A stretch of 64,000 bases of DNA from an uncultured Clostridia bacterium (GCA_930990975.1 CAKNRR010000003.1:13037-77036); one strand, 5' to 3'. Positions 45,636 through 54,425 are shown, numbered from the stretch's first letter. Program-made: numbers and translations. The notes: generated by a model from the letters alone, not told the origin.

Positions 45636-47648
45636 ATGAACGAATTTGTTAAACCTAGACCACAATTCCCTAAAAGAGTTGTCATAACATCAGGGATGCC
45701 TTACGGAAACAAGCTTTTACATTATGGACATGTTGGCATGACTTTGCGTGCAGATGTTTTTGCTCGATTTATGAGAGATCGAATCGGCAAAGACAATGTC
45801 ATCTTTGTTTCTGGAACTGATTGTTATGGTTCCCCTGCTATAGAAGCTTATAGAAAGCTTGAAGAAAGTGGGCAAAATAAATATAATTCATTGGTTGAAT
45901 ACATAACAGCCAACCATTTGAAACAAAAAGAAATATTTGATAAATTTGAAATAGGTTTCAATTTTTATGGGGCTTCAGCACTAGGTAGAGCTGGAGAAAT
46001 CCACAATGAAACAAGCAAATGGTTTATTGAAACATTGTATAAAAACAACATGGTTTCAAAGCACTCATCACTTCAATTTTATGATGCAAAAAATAAGTGT
46101 TTGTTGAACGGCAGACAAGTCATTGGCAAATGCCCTATTGAAGGATGTCAAAGCGAAAAAGGCTACGCTGACGAATGTGACCTTGGGCATCAATATCTTC
46201 CTCAAGATTTAATCGACCCTATCAGCACATTGAGTGGCGAAAAACCTGAGCTTGTCAAAGTTGAAAATCTATACTTTAACCTTGAAAAGTGCACTGATAT
46301 ATTAAACGAATGGATAAATTCTATTGACAGAAAAAGTGACACCCCTCAATTTATGGTTAAAGAAATACGCGAATTCTTTAAAAACCCAGAAATATATATT
46401 AAAAGAGAGTTCTTTGGACAATTCGACGACATCAAAAATCTTTTGCCGCATTTTGAAGAAAGTGTGCGCAATGAAAAATCTCCAAGCATAACTATTGTTT
46501 TTGACAAATTGGAAGACCGAGAAAAAGCCTGTGAAATTCTTGCAAAGAACAATATTCGCTATAGAACAGGAAAAACTCTCACACCTTTCCGCTTGACTGG
46601 AGATATTTCTTGGGGTATGCCTTGTCCTGAAATTGATGGGCTTAAAAACCAAACTTTCTATGTTTGGCCTGAAAGTCTTTGGGCGCCTATTACTTTCACA
46701 AAAACTTATCTTGAAAGCATTGGCAAAGATGAAAATGAATGGAAAAAGTTTTGGTGCGACCGAGATGCAACTGTATATCAATTCTTAGGCGAAGATAACC
46801 TATACTTCTATGGTCCTGCTCAACAAGCAATGTGGCTTTATACACAAGAAGGTACACCTGTTTTAAATCCTGAGAATGGAAATCTTCGACTTACTAAAAT
46901 TTGTCCTATAAAGTCAATTCTTTATATGAACAAAAAAGCAAGTTCTTCTGGAAGTTTGAAACCACCTATGGCTGAAGAATTCTTAGATCACTACACCGCT
47001 GAACAATTTAGAATGCACTTCCTTGCAATGAACCTTGGAAACAACAATGTAAGTCTTTCTCCCAAGGCTTTTGACCCTGACGCAAATGCTGATGAAATTG
47101 ACCCTATGGTTAAAGAAGGAAATCTTCTTACAAATGTTTATAACAGAATTTTAAGAACAGTGTTCTATTCAACTCAAAATCATTTTGACGGAATCATCCC
47201 TCAATCTGCAATTGAACCTGAAATTTTAAAAATCTGCGAAAAAACAATTCTTGATGTAGAAAGATTTATGTACGACAAAAAATTCCATCAAGTTTTCAAT
47301 GCTCTTGATGTGTTTATAAGAAATATTAACAAATATTGGGTTAAAGAAATTAACAACGCAGTTACTGAAGAAAAGCTTGCTCATCTTATTGTCAACACCC
47401 TTCAAATGATTTTTGTCGCAAATACCCTTCTTCATCCTGTTGCTCCAAGCGGAACAGAGAATGTGGCAGACTATATTGGTTTTGACAAAGACAAATGCTT
47501 TGATTGGAACAATATTTTGGGCAAATTTGAGTCAGTACTTGACAAGAACAAGAAAAGAAAGCTGAAAAAACTTAATGCCAAGGAAGACTTTTTCAAAAGA
47601 CATCAAAGTCAACTTGATGAACTTGCTAAGAAAAACGAAGAAAACTAA
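45636..47648 (+). CDS. metG: methionyl-tRNA synthetase-like class I aaRS with a non-canonical KMSKS loop
   Basis: GMPYGNKLLHYGHVG (HIGH), GTDCYGSPIE, knuckle CPIEGCQSEKGYADECDLGH, YVWPESLWAPI, FLGEDNLYFYG. The KMSKS position reads KASSS. The second ATG (45636) has better SD spacing than 45630. Confidence 0.7.
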   Translation: MNEFVKPRPQFPKRVVITSGMPYGNKLLHYGHVGMTLRADVFARFMRDRIGKDNVIFVSGTDCYGSPAIEAYRKLEESGQNKYNSLVEYITANHLKQKEIFDKFEIGFNFYGASALGRAGEIHNETSKWFIETLYKNNMVSKHSSLQFYDAKNKCLLNGRQVIGKCPIEGCQSEKGYADECDLGHQYLPQDLIDPISTLSGEKPELVKVENLYFNLEKCTDILNEWINSIDRKSDTPQFMVKEIREFFKNPEIYIKREFFGQFDDIKNLLPHFEESVRNEKSPSITIVFDKLEDREKACEILAKNNIRYRTGKTLTPFRLTGDISWGMPCPEIDGLKNQTFYVWPESLWAPITFTKTYLESIGKDENEWKKFWCDRDATVYQFLGEDNLYFYGPAQQAMWLYTQEGTPVLNPENGNLRLTKICPIKSILYMNKKASSSGSLKPPMAEEFLDHYTAEQFRMHFLAMNLGNNNVSLSPKAFDPDANADEIDPMVKEGNLLTNVYNRILRTVFYSTQNHFDGIIPQSAIEPEILKICEKTILDVERFMYDKKFHQVFNALDVFIRNINKYWVKEINNAVTEEKLAHLIVNTLQMIFVANTLLHPVAPSGTENVADYIGFDKDKCFDWNNILGKFESVLDKNKKRKLKKLNAKEDFFKRHQSQLDELAKKNEEN

Positions 47649-47652
47649 GAAT

Positions 47653-47688
47653 AAAAAAGAGTTCGTGAGCAAAAGAACTCTTTTTTAT
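47653..47688 (+). terminator. intrinsic terminator
   Basis: GAGTTC (47659-47664) pairs with GAACTC (47675-47680). A-run before, TTTTTT after. Confidence 0.65.
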
Positions 47689-47797
47689 TTCACAATTTTT
47701 TATTTAATCAATCAAATTCTTTTTAAGTCAAATATAATTACGTTTTTATTTTTATGTCAAAATTAAAAAAAAAATGAAAAAATTTAAAAAAAAGATA

Positions 47798-47826
47798 TTG
47801 ACAAATAAAATAATGTGTGATTTAAT
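47798..47826 (+). promoter_or_regulatory. sigma-A-type promoter of the ABC-exporter leader
   Basis: -35 TTGACA (47798-47803), 17-nt spacer, -10 TTTAAT (47821-47826). Confidence 0.4.
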
Positions 47827-47875
47827 AAAGATGTCGATTGAAATAAAATATTTTAACAAAAGGAGAATCATTCAA

Positions 47876-47938
47876 ATGATAGTAAGAACTATTACAAAAA
47901 AACTTAATAACGGCCATGCGAATGGTTCTGCTGATTAA
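47876..47938 (+). CDS. 20-codon leader peptide ORF (MIVRTITKKLNNGHANGSAD)
   Basis: Strong SD AAAGGAGA 8 nt before the ATG. Stop at 47936-47938, 36 nt before a terminator hairpin. Not in the track (too short). Confidence 0.4.
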   Translation: MIVRTITKKLNNGHANGSAD

Positions 47939-47973
47939 TTTATAGATTTTTAAACAACTTGTATAATTTAATT

Positions 47974-48010
47974 AAGCCTTCGCATGCCAAATTTTGCGAA
48001 GGTTTTATTT
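47974..48010 (+). terminator. leader terminator (attenuator hairpin 1)
   Basis: CCTTCGCA (47977-47984) pairs with TGCGAAGG (47995-48002), followed by TTTTATTT. Confidence 0.6.
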
Positions 48011-48079
48011 AATTTTTCCCTTAACAAGCTTAAGCTAAGCGAAAGCTCCTGCTTTCATAAGGTTTTAAAACAATATACT

Positions 48080-48117
48080 AAGCCTTCGTAAACAAAATTT
48101 ATTACGGAGGTTTTATT
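48080..48117 (+). promoter_or_regulatory. attenuator hairpin 2, sequestering the SD of the ABC exporter
   Basis: CCTTCGTA (48083-48090) pairs with TACGGAGG (48103-48110, includes the SD GGAGG). Then TTTTATT and the ATG at 48118. Near-duplicate of hairpin 1. Confidence 0.5.
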
Positions 48118-49941
48118 ATGAAAAAAAGAAAAGATAAAAACAAAGTTAGTATAACAAAATATTTATCAAAATATAAATTTGGCATTTCTTTATACATCCT
48201 TGTATATTTGATTGCTGGCACTTGCACTATCTTGCAAACCATAGCCTTTGCAAATGCCATAGAAAAAATCACCCTTTCAAATTTCATGAGTGCAATCTAT
48301 GTTATGTGTTTTATTGCAGGACTTATTTTGATTAAAAGGCTTTGCTGGTATTTCTCTGGACTTATTTATTACAAATATTCCAACAAAATTATGGCAGAGA
48401 TGAATCTTGACCTCGCTAAACAAGCATTTAAGCTTAACTCAAAAACCTATTCTGACCATGACACTGGCACTTTTGTACAAAGAATTGTCTACGATCCTGA
48501 AGTTGTAGTATCAAATCTCTCTGATCTTGTTGATATTATTACAGACATAATCACATCCTTTGTCATTGTTATCTATATTGCAACTTTAAATATCTATATT
48601 GGACTTATTCTTGTAGCTATTATTGCTGTTTGCTTGGCTATTGAATACTTCAGAGTAAAAGTTAAAAGAAGGAACAGGAGAATTAGTCGTTTTAAAAACG
48701 ACAAAATCAATTCTTTAACCACTGAAATTGTAAGAAGTGAAAAAGATATAAAGGCATTGGGACTTGAAAAGAAATTAAGTGAAGTTTCAAAACATTACTA
48801 TGAAGAATACAAAAAATCAGCTTACACTTTGGAAGTGACCGATTTTAATTATTGGTCAAGTCGTAACTTCATAATTGAATTTTGTGGTGTTTTGATGCTT
48901 ATTCTTGGTGTTTATCTCATTGATATAAGCGTGCTTACACTTGCATCATTTATGATCATATACTCAAACAATGGCAACCTTTACAACTTTATTTGGGGAC
49001 TTGGAAATATATCTAACATATATGCCGAAGTTAAAGTTTGTTCTGAGAGAATGTTTGCGCTTTTCAATAATGATGAATTCGTTTGCGAAAAATTTGGGAA
49101 TATACATTTAGACGATGTCAAAGGCGAAATAACTTTCAAAAATGTTTCCTATTCTTATATCGAATATGAACAAATGGACAAGGAAAAAGAATTTGAAATG
49201 TCTTTAAAACAAAAGAAAAAAGATAAAAATGCTAAAAAAGAACGAAAAGTTGCTTCTGTCAATAAAATATTTGATAACCTATCTTTCAAAATCAATCCAA
49301 ACACAACAGTTGCTTTTGTTGGAAAATCTGGTAGTGGAAAATCGACAATCTTAAATTTGATGTCTAAAATGTATGAAGTAGACAGTGGTGAAGTTTTAAT
49401 CGACAATGTAAATATAAATTCTTTAGATAAAGAAACTTTGAGAAAATCAATTTCTCTTGTAAATCAATTCCCTTACATCTTTGACATGACAATAAAAGAA
49501 AATTTACTTCTTGCCAAAGAAGACGCAACAGACGAAGAAATAAACGATGCAATAAACAAAGCTTCTTTAAGAGAATTTATTGATTCTCTTCCGAATGGGC
49601 TTGATTCTAAAGTTGGAGAAAGTGGCATTAAATTGTCTGGCGGTCAAAAGCAAAGATTGGCAATTGCAAGAGCTTTGCTTAGAAGTTCTCCTATAATCAT
49701 ATTCGACGAAAGCACAAGCTCTCTTGACAACTTTGCTCAAGGAGAAATCAAAAGAAGCATTGATAATCTAAAAGGACAAAGCACAATAATTATTGTTGCT
49801 CACAGATTATCAACAATAAAAAATGTCGACAAAATTTTCTTCCTTGATGAAGGCAAAATTGTTGATATTGGAACATTTGATGAACTTTTTGAAAACAATG
49901 TCAAATTTAAAAACATGTTCTTTGCAGAAAATATACAATAA
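48118..49941 (+). CDS. ABC exporter, fused permease-ATPase (MsbA/MdlB type)
   Basis: Six-TM N-terminal half. Walker A GKSGSGKST, signature LSGGQKQR, Walker B IIIFDESTSSLD, H-loop AHRLSTI. Lys-rich insertion (KQKKKDKNAKKERK) at the start of the NBD. Confidence 0.9.
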   Translation: MKKRKDKNKVSITKYLSKYKFGISLYILVYLIAGTCTILQTIAFANAIEKITLSNFMSAIYVMCFIAGLILIKRLCWYFSGLIYYKYSNKIMAEMNLDLAKQAFKLNSKTYSDHDTGTFVQRIVYDPEVVVSNLSDLVDIITDIITSFVIVIYIATLNIYIGLILVAIIAVCLAIEYFRVKVKRRNRRISRFKNDKINSLTTEIVRSEKDIKALGLEKKLSEVSKHYYEEYKKSAYTLEVTDFNYWSSRNFIIEFCGVLMLILGVYLIDISVLTLASFMIIYSNNGNLYNFIWGLGNISNIYAEVKVCSERMFALFNNDEFVCEKFGNIHLDDVKGEITFKNVSYSYIEYEQMDKEKEFEMSLKQKKKDKNAKKERKVASVNKIFDNLSFKINPNTTVAFVGKSGSGKSTILNLMSKMYEVDSGEVLIDNVNINSLDKETLRKSISLVNQFPYIFDMTIKENLLLAKEDATDEEINDAINKASLREFIDSLPNGLDSKVGESGIKLSGGQKQRLAIARALLRSSPIIIFDESTSSLDNFAQGEIKRSIDNLKGQSTIIIVAHRLSTIKNVDKIFFLDEGKIVDIGTFDELFENNVKFKNMFFAENIQ

Positions 49942-49996
49942 TATTTTTAATCAATTTCCATCCTTAAAACATTGTTGTCTTAAAAAGTGGATATCT

Positions 49997-50068
49997 AAAA
50001 AAGGCTACCTTACAGTGAGCCTCCTAAAGTTTGTCTGGCTTAGGAAGTACACTTAGGTAGTCTTTTTT
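49997..50068. terminator. long imperfect bidirectional hairpin between convergent genes
   Basis: GGCTACCT (50003-50010) pairs with AGGTAGTC (50055-50062), with inner pairing CCTCCTAA/TTAGGAAG. A-run before, T-run after. Confidence 0.5.
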
Positions 50069-50086
50069 ATTAATTTTTTCAACCTC

Positions 50087-50713
50087 TTACATTTTCTCAA
50101 TGCCGTTATTTTTCTGATAAACTATTTTAGGCAAGATTGTATTGTCTATCTCGTAATATTCATCACTGAGCTTCTCTAAGGCTTCTTTAAGGCTATGGCT
50201 TCTTTTAAACCTTTTCTCTATCTTATCTTCAGGGACATCATGTCCACCCTCTTGCACCCTTTTAGCCACGCGCTGAATATTTACTTTAAAATCTTTTGGA
50301 GAAATAAAAACAGAAACAACTTTATACCCTTGTTTTTTATAGAGCTCAATCAATTCAAGCTTGCTTGGATGTGACAAAACCGTTTCATAAATCACCGCTT
50401 GATTTGTCTTCGCCAATTCTTTAAACAGTCCCATTGTGTAATACATGGCCTGCATATTTCGCTCTTTATCTGAAAGCACATCTTTGAACATTGTCTTGGC
50501 AAAGATGTCTGCATTGACATACTTATGCGAAGAAAGTTGATTGTTTTTAAACATGTTGGCTATCAATGTTGACTTTCCGCTACCATTAGGTCCAGCAACA
50601 ACAAACAACTCTCCTGTTTCGCCCTTGTGCCCTAGACCTTCTTGCAAATACTTGTCTGCCTCGCTGTTTGTCAATATTTCAAAAGTGGATATTATTTTTG
50701 ATATTTCAAACAT
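50087..50713 (-). CDS. zeta-toxin-like / AAA-33 P-loop kinase-fold protein
   Basis: Walker A VAGPNGSGKST, YETVLSHPSK, GGHDVPEDKIEKRFKRS, typical of the zeta-toxin/COG4185 ATPase family. SD AAGGAGGAGGGGG. Confidence 0.55.
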   Translation of the reverse strand: MFEISKIISTFEILTNSEADKYLQEGLGHKGETGELFVVAGPNGSGKSTLIANMFKNNQLSSHKYVNADIFAKTMFKDVLSDKERNMQAMYYTMGLFKELAKTNQAVIYETVLSHPSKLELIELYKKQGYKVVSVFISPKDFKVNIQRVAKRVQEGGHDVPEDKIEKRFKRSHSLKEALEKLSDEYYEIDNTILPKIVYQKNNGIEKM

Positions 50714-51087
50714 CCCCCTCCTCCTTAATTCTATATTCTTATGTTAAGTATATCAAATAAAATGACAATTTTCAATTTTATTTTTTGTTTTTAAATTTAA
50801 CTGTGAATTCATCTTTTTTAACCATAATAATGAAACACTGATTGGATGTTCGCTATGATACAGTTATACAACTTCAGTATATATTGAACCTCCACAAAAA
50901 AGCATTTTCTTGGATAGAACTTAAGCTGGTTTATACTATGCAATACATGATGCTTACGCAAGATAAAAATGTGCATCCGTCAATCTTAAAATGTTTGAAA
51001 GACAACAAATAGGTGTTTGTTTCTATTGCATATCACAATATTTTGACAATTTGCAACAATTTATACTAAAAAAATTTTAAAAAAGTA

Positions 51088-51116
51088 TTGACAAATTGAG
51101 CGCAAGAGCATATACT
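51088..51116 (+). promoter_or_regulatory. sigma-A-type promoter of tRNA-fMet
   Basis: -35 TTGACA (51088-51093), 17-nt spacer, -10 TATACT (51111-51116), 11 nt before the mature tRNA 5' end. Confidence 0.55.
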
Positions 51117-51127
51117 ATATATGTCAT

Positions 51128-51204
51128 CGCGGGATAGAGCAGCTCGGAAGCTCGTCGGGCTCATAACCCGAAGGTCGTTGGTTCAAATCCAACTCCCGCA
51201 ACCA
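51128..51204 (+). tRNA. initiator tRNA-fMet (anticodon CAT), CCA encoded
   Basis: CGCGGG...CCCGCAACCA with the C1:A72 mismatch. Anticodon stem with three G:C pairs, GGGCTCATAACCC. Near-identical to the E. coli initiator core. Confidence 0.92.
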
Positions 51205-51209
51205 TATTT

Positions 51210-51241
51210 GATAGGCTTTGAAACAAAAGCCTATTTTTTTA
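51210..51241 (+). terminator. intrinsic terminator after tRNA-fMet
   Basis: ATAGGCTTT (51211-51219) pairs with AAAGCCTAT (51226-51234), followed by TTTTTTT. Confidence 0.65.
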
Positions 51242-51569
51242 TTTTGAATATAGTTTATTTAAAATTTTATTTGGTTTTGTTTTATTTTTTTTAACTTTTT
51301 ATTTAATTTTGTTTTAGACTTTATTTAAAGTTTTCTATTTAATCTCTATATTGCGTTTAAGGTTTTTATTCAAAATTTAGTTACCCCATGATTTTAATTG
51401 AGAATTAACTTGACCTTAAATTTAATTTAGACTTAATTGTTATTTGTCATTAAATTAATTATTGGTTTATTATATTTTTATTTATTTGAAACAAAAAAAG
51501 ACTAAAGATTAAACTCCAGTCTTTTATTTTTGCAAGTTTATATTTTTGCTTAATTTATAAAGTCAACTT

Positions 51570-52241
51570 TTAATACAAATATATTGAAACTACAAGAGCG
51601 ATGAAAACTAAATTCTGTAAAATTGTGCAAAGTATTTGTTTTAGTTTACCTTCCTTTAAAAATTCATTCAACAAATTGCTTGTAAGCAACAGAACTCCAG
51701 CTATGATTGAAATTATTGCGCTTATCAAATGTTTTGTATTCACTATTGCATTGATTCCAAATCCTAAAACAAAACCTAAGCTCACAAATATTAAAATTGT
51801 CGTAATAACATCTGCTACATTATTTTTCTTTTTCACTTGAATAGCCAATATTAGCAATGCTATTGCCCCACCAAGCAACAAGCCACCGACGAGAGCAAAT
51901 ATGTTGAATGGCGCAAGTGAAATTATGCCAAGTCCTATTGCAAAATATACCAAACTTTCACTTATTCCACATACCAATTTTTTTGCTTGGTCGTTTTCTA
52001 TTTTGCTTTTTGTTGCACTGGTATAAAATAAGTTTATCATCATAGCTATTGCTATAAAAAGTGAGAAAGCATTGAATGTCGACAACAAATTGATTGTTAT
52101 AAGCGCATAAATCGCCAAAAAAAGCGATGTGAGCGACCTTACGACAAATCCCACCCAATTATCCTTATCTCTAAAAATGGCGTCAAATACGCCCAAAATT
52201 AAGCACACAACACCCAATAGTGCCATTGAAACTATTATCAT
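51570..52241 (-). CDS. polytopic membrane protein (223 aa, about 7 TM), function unknown
   Basis: Continuous hydrophobic helices separated by short polar loops. No SD seen. Confidence 0.6.
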   Translation of the reverse strand: MIIVSMALLGVVCLILGVFDAIFRDKDNWVGFVVRSLTSLFLAIYALITINLLSTFNAFSLFIAIAMMINLFYTSATKSKIENDQAKKLVCGISESLVYFAIGLGIISLAPFNIFALVGGLLLGGAIALLILAIQVKKKNNVADVITTILIFVSLGFVLGFGINAIVNTKHLISAIISIIAGVLLLTSNLLNEFLKEGKLKQILCTILQNLVFIALVVSIYLY

Positions 52242-52318
52242 AGTTTTATTTTAACCTAAAATTCAAATAAAACAAAACATTTTAAATAAATTTTAAAAAA
52301 ATAACCAAAATAACTTAT

Positions 52319-52888
52319 ATGAACAAAGCAAAAGACCTTCTTTTATACATAAGTGTTTTTGTCCCAATGTATATGCTGCTTTTGATTAGAATTGTCATTG
52401 ACATTATAAATGACAATCTTTCTTTTAATGTCCTAAACATTCTCAACATAATAACTCTAATTATTTTAATTTCTTTGGGTATTATTGGCTTATTGATAAA
52501 TATAAAGCACAGCAAGCAATCTTCAAAAAAAATCATCATTCTAAGTAAAGAGAATATAACAGACAGGCACTTCTTAGGATACTTTTCATTGCTGGTTTTA
52601 TTTGCACTGCAACTAGAGCTAAGTTTAGTAAGTGATTATATTTTATACATCCTCATTTTAATCTTGATTGGAATTGTATATATAAGAAACTCGCTTTATT
52701 ACATAAATCCCCTCTTAAACATATTAGGATATAGTTTTTATGACATCGTCTATACAGAAGAAGGGAAAGAGGATAAACTGCGAGCTAAAATTTTCTATAA
52801 AGGAGAGCTTGTTGAGAACAAAATTTATTGGGTAAAAATCAAAAATGAGAATTTTGCATTTATTGATAAAAATTACGACAATGATTGA
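52319..52888 (+). CDS. membrane protein (189 aa, about 4 TM plus a small C-terminal soluble domain), function unknown
   Basis: Hydrophobic segments at aa ~8-30, 40-62, 85-105 and 110-130. Divergent from 51570..52241. Confidence 0.55.
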   Translation: MNKAKDLLLYISVFVPMYMLLLIRIVIDIINDNLSFNVLNILNIITLIILISLGIIGLLINIKHSKQSSKKIIILSKENITDRHFLGYFSLLVLFALQLELSLVSDYILYILILILIGIVYIRNSLYYINPLLNILGYSFYDIVYTEEGKEDKLRAKIFYKGELVENKIYWVKIKNENFAFIDKNYDND

Positions 52889-52913
52889 TATTTATTGATT
52901 TTTTCTTTCTTTT

Positions 52914-53576
52914 ATGTTAAGATTTATTCATAGGTTTTTTATGAATAACAAATATTATAATCATTATAAATTTGAGGATATTGAAAAAGATCCCAATTTT
53001 GATACAAGTGGTTTTACATACCTTAAAAACTTTAAGGCATATCTTCAAGAGAAGGACAACACTTGTGCACCTTGCTGTGCGCTCATGATTTTGAATTATT
53101 ATAACGATTTTAGGTATAATGAAGAAGAAATAGCCGTCATCATGAAAACAAAGCCATGCCCTATTGGGACTGACTTTATTGATATAATAAATTTCTTCTC
53201 AAATGCTTGCGATGAAAAGCACAAATATCAATGCTTTTCAAATTTAGATTTAAAAACAAATGACAATGGAAAATATTTTTCAACATTTGATGACTTTAAA
53301 GCCTTTTTACTTGAAAACTTAAAGCAAGGCTATCCAATCATTCTTGAAAATGTTGATTATGGCGGACATTATAAAGTCTTAATTGGATATGATGAAGTCA
53401 ATGACAACTATGAAGAAGACATGCTTATTTTTGCCGACCCTTCCGACTTGAATGACGGATTGAAAGATGGATATAGCTACTTCCCTGCTGATAGATTTTA
53501 TTTTATGTGGTTTGACGATCACTGTCTTTCAAAAGAATATAGAACGCAACCATTTATTGTAGTAAAAAAGCTATAA
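52914..53576 (+). CDS. papain-fold cysteine peptidase, C39-like (Peptidase_C39_2 type)
   Basis: KDNTCAPCCALMILNYYN (nucleophile Cys region) and GGHYKVLIGYDE (His), then IFADP. No signal peptide. The start is ambiguous (52914 or 52941). Confidence 0.55.
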   Translation: MLRFIHRFFMNNKYYNHYKFEDIEKDPNFDTSGFTYLKNFKAYLQEKDNTCAPCCALMILNYYNDFRYNEEEIAVIMKTKPCPIGTDFIDIINFFSNACDEKHKYQCFSNLDLKTNDNGKYFSTFDDFKAFLLENLKQGYPIILENVDYGGHYKVLIGYDEVNDNYEEDMLIFADPSDLNDGLKDGYSYFPADRFYFMWFDDHCLSKEYRTQPFIVVKKL

Positions 53577-53709
53577 GAAATAGAGTCATATTTTTACGCA
53601 AACAAATTGGCGAATGTAATTTAATGGGCATCGGCTTCCCAAATATATAGCATGATACTCAACTTAATCAATAAGTTTATGAAAAAATTAAAACAACTTT
53701 AAAACAAAT

Positions 53710-53768
53710 AAAAAAGCCTTCAACATAAAGTAACTTACAAAAGTTTCTTTCATTGAAGGTTTTTTATT
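53710..53768. terminator. bidirectional terminator with a large loop
   Basis: CCTTCAA (53717-53723) pairs with TTGAAGG (53753-53759). A-run before, T-run after. Confidence 0.5.
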
Positions 53769-53819
53769 TTAATTTTGATATTTTGATTTAGATGCTTTTT
53801 AGTCTTTAAATAAAAATCA

Positions 53820-54425
53820 TTATTCAGCCTTATCTTTATTTTTGTTTTTCAAAATCTTATTCATCAGTTTCTCATTAAAGACAATATATTTATCCCAGAA
53901 AAATTCTGAAATGAAATTTATTACCATCATAAGCATTGTAACCAATGTTCCATTCCACCCTATTGCTTCCAATGCGTCGCCACCAAATACTGAAGCTGGA
54001 ATAAACATCGCATAGAATATAAGCACAAATATCATTGCTAAAGGCACATTGTTTGCAGACTTGAATGTAAATTTGCGGTTGAATGTAAAATTCCAAATAA
54101 CGGACAATAATACGCTTATAAGATAGGCTGGCCACCAAGGTAAACATTTTGTCCAAGTATATAAAAGTTCAAATGATACAAGTTGTATAAAACCTGCAGA
54201 CAATGAAAAAACCAAAAATTTTAAAAATTGCATAAATTGTTGTTTCTTTGTCAAAGGGTTTTCTTGCTTTGCATCATGATTATTTTGACCATCTTCTTCT
54301 GCCGCAGCAACGCTATCTATGGAAGAGGCGTCGCTTTTCTCTTTATTCTCATTTTGAGTTGGTGACATTTCACTGCCCGCTACAACTTCTTTTTCTTTTT
54401 CTGCAAGTTTGTTTTCCTTTTTCAT
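53820..54425 (-). CDS. GtrA-family membrane protein with an acidic N-terminal extension
   Basis: FLKFLVFSLSAGFIQLVSFELLY...WNFTFNRKFTFKS (GtrA signature), 4 TM. About 60 extra N-terminal residues. SD AGGAGAAG. Confidence 0.8.
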   Translation of the reverse strand: MKKENKLAEKEKEVVAGSEMSPTQNENKEKSDASSIDSVAAAEEDGQNNHDAKQENPLTKKQQFMQFLKFLVFSLSAGFIQLVSFELLYTWTKCLPWWPAYLISVLLSVIWNFTFNRKFTFKSANNVPLAMIFVLIFYAMFIPASVFGGDALEAIGWNGTLVTMLMMVINFISEFFWDKYIVFNEKLMNKILKNKNKDKAE

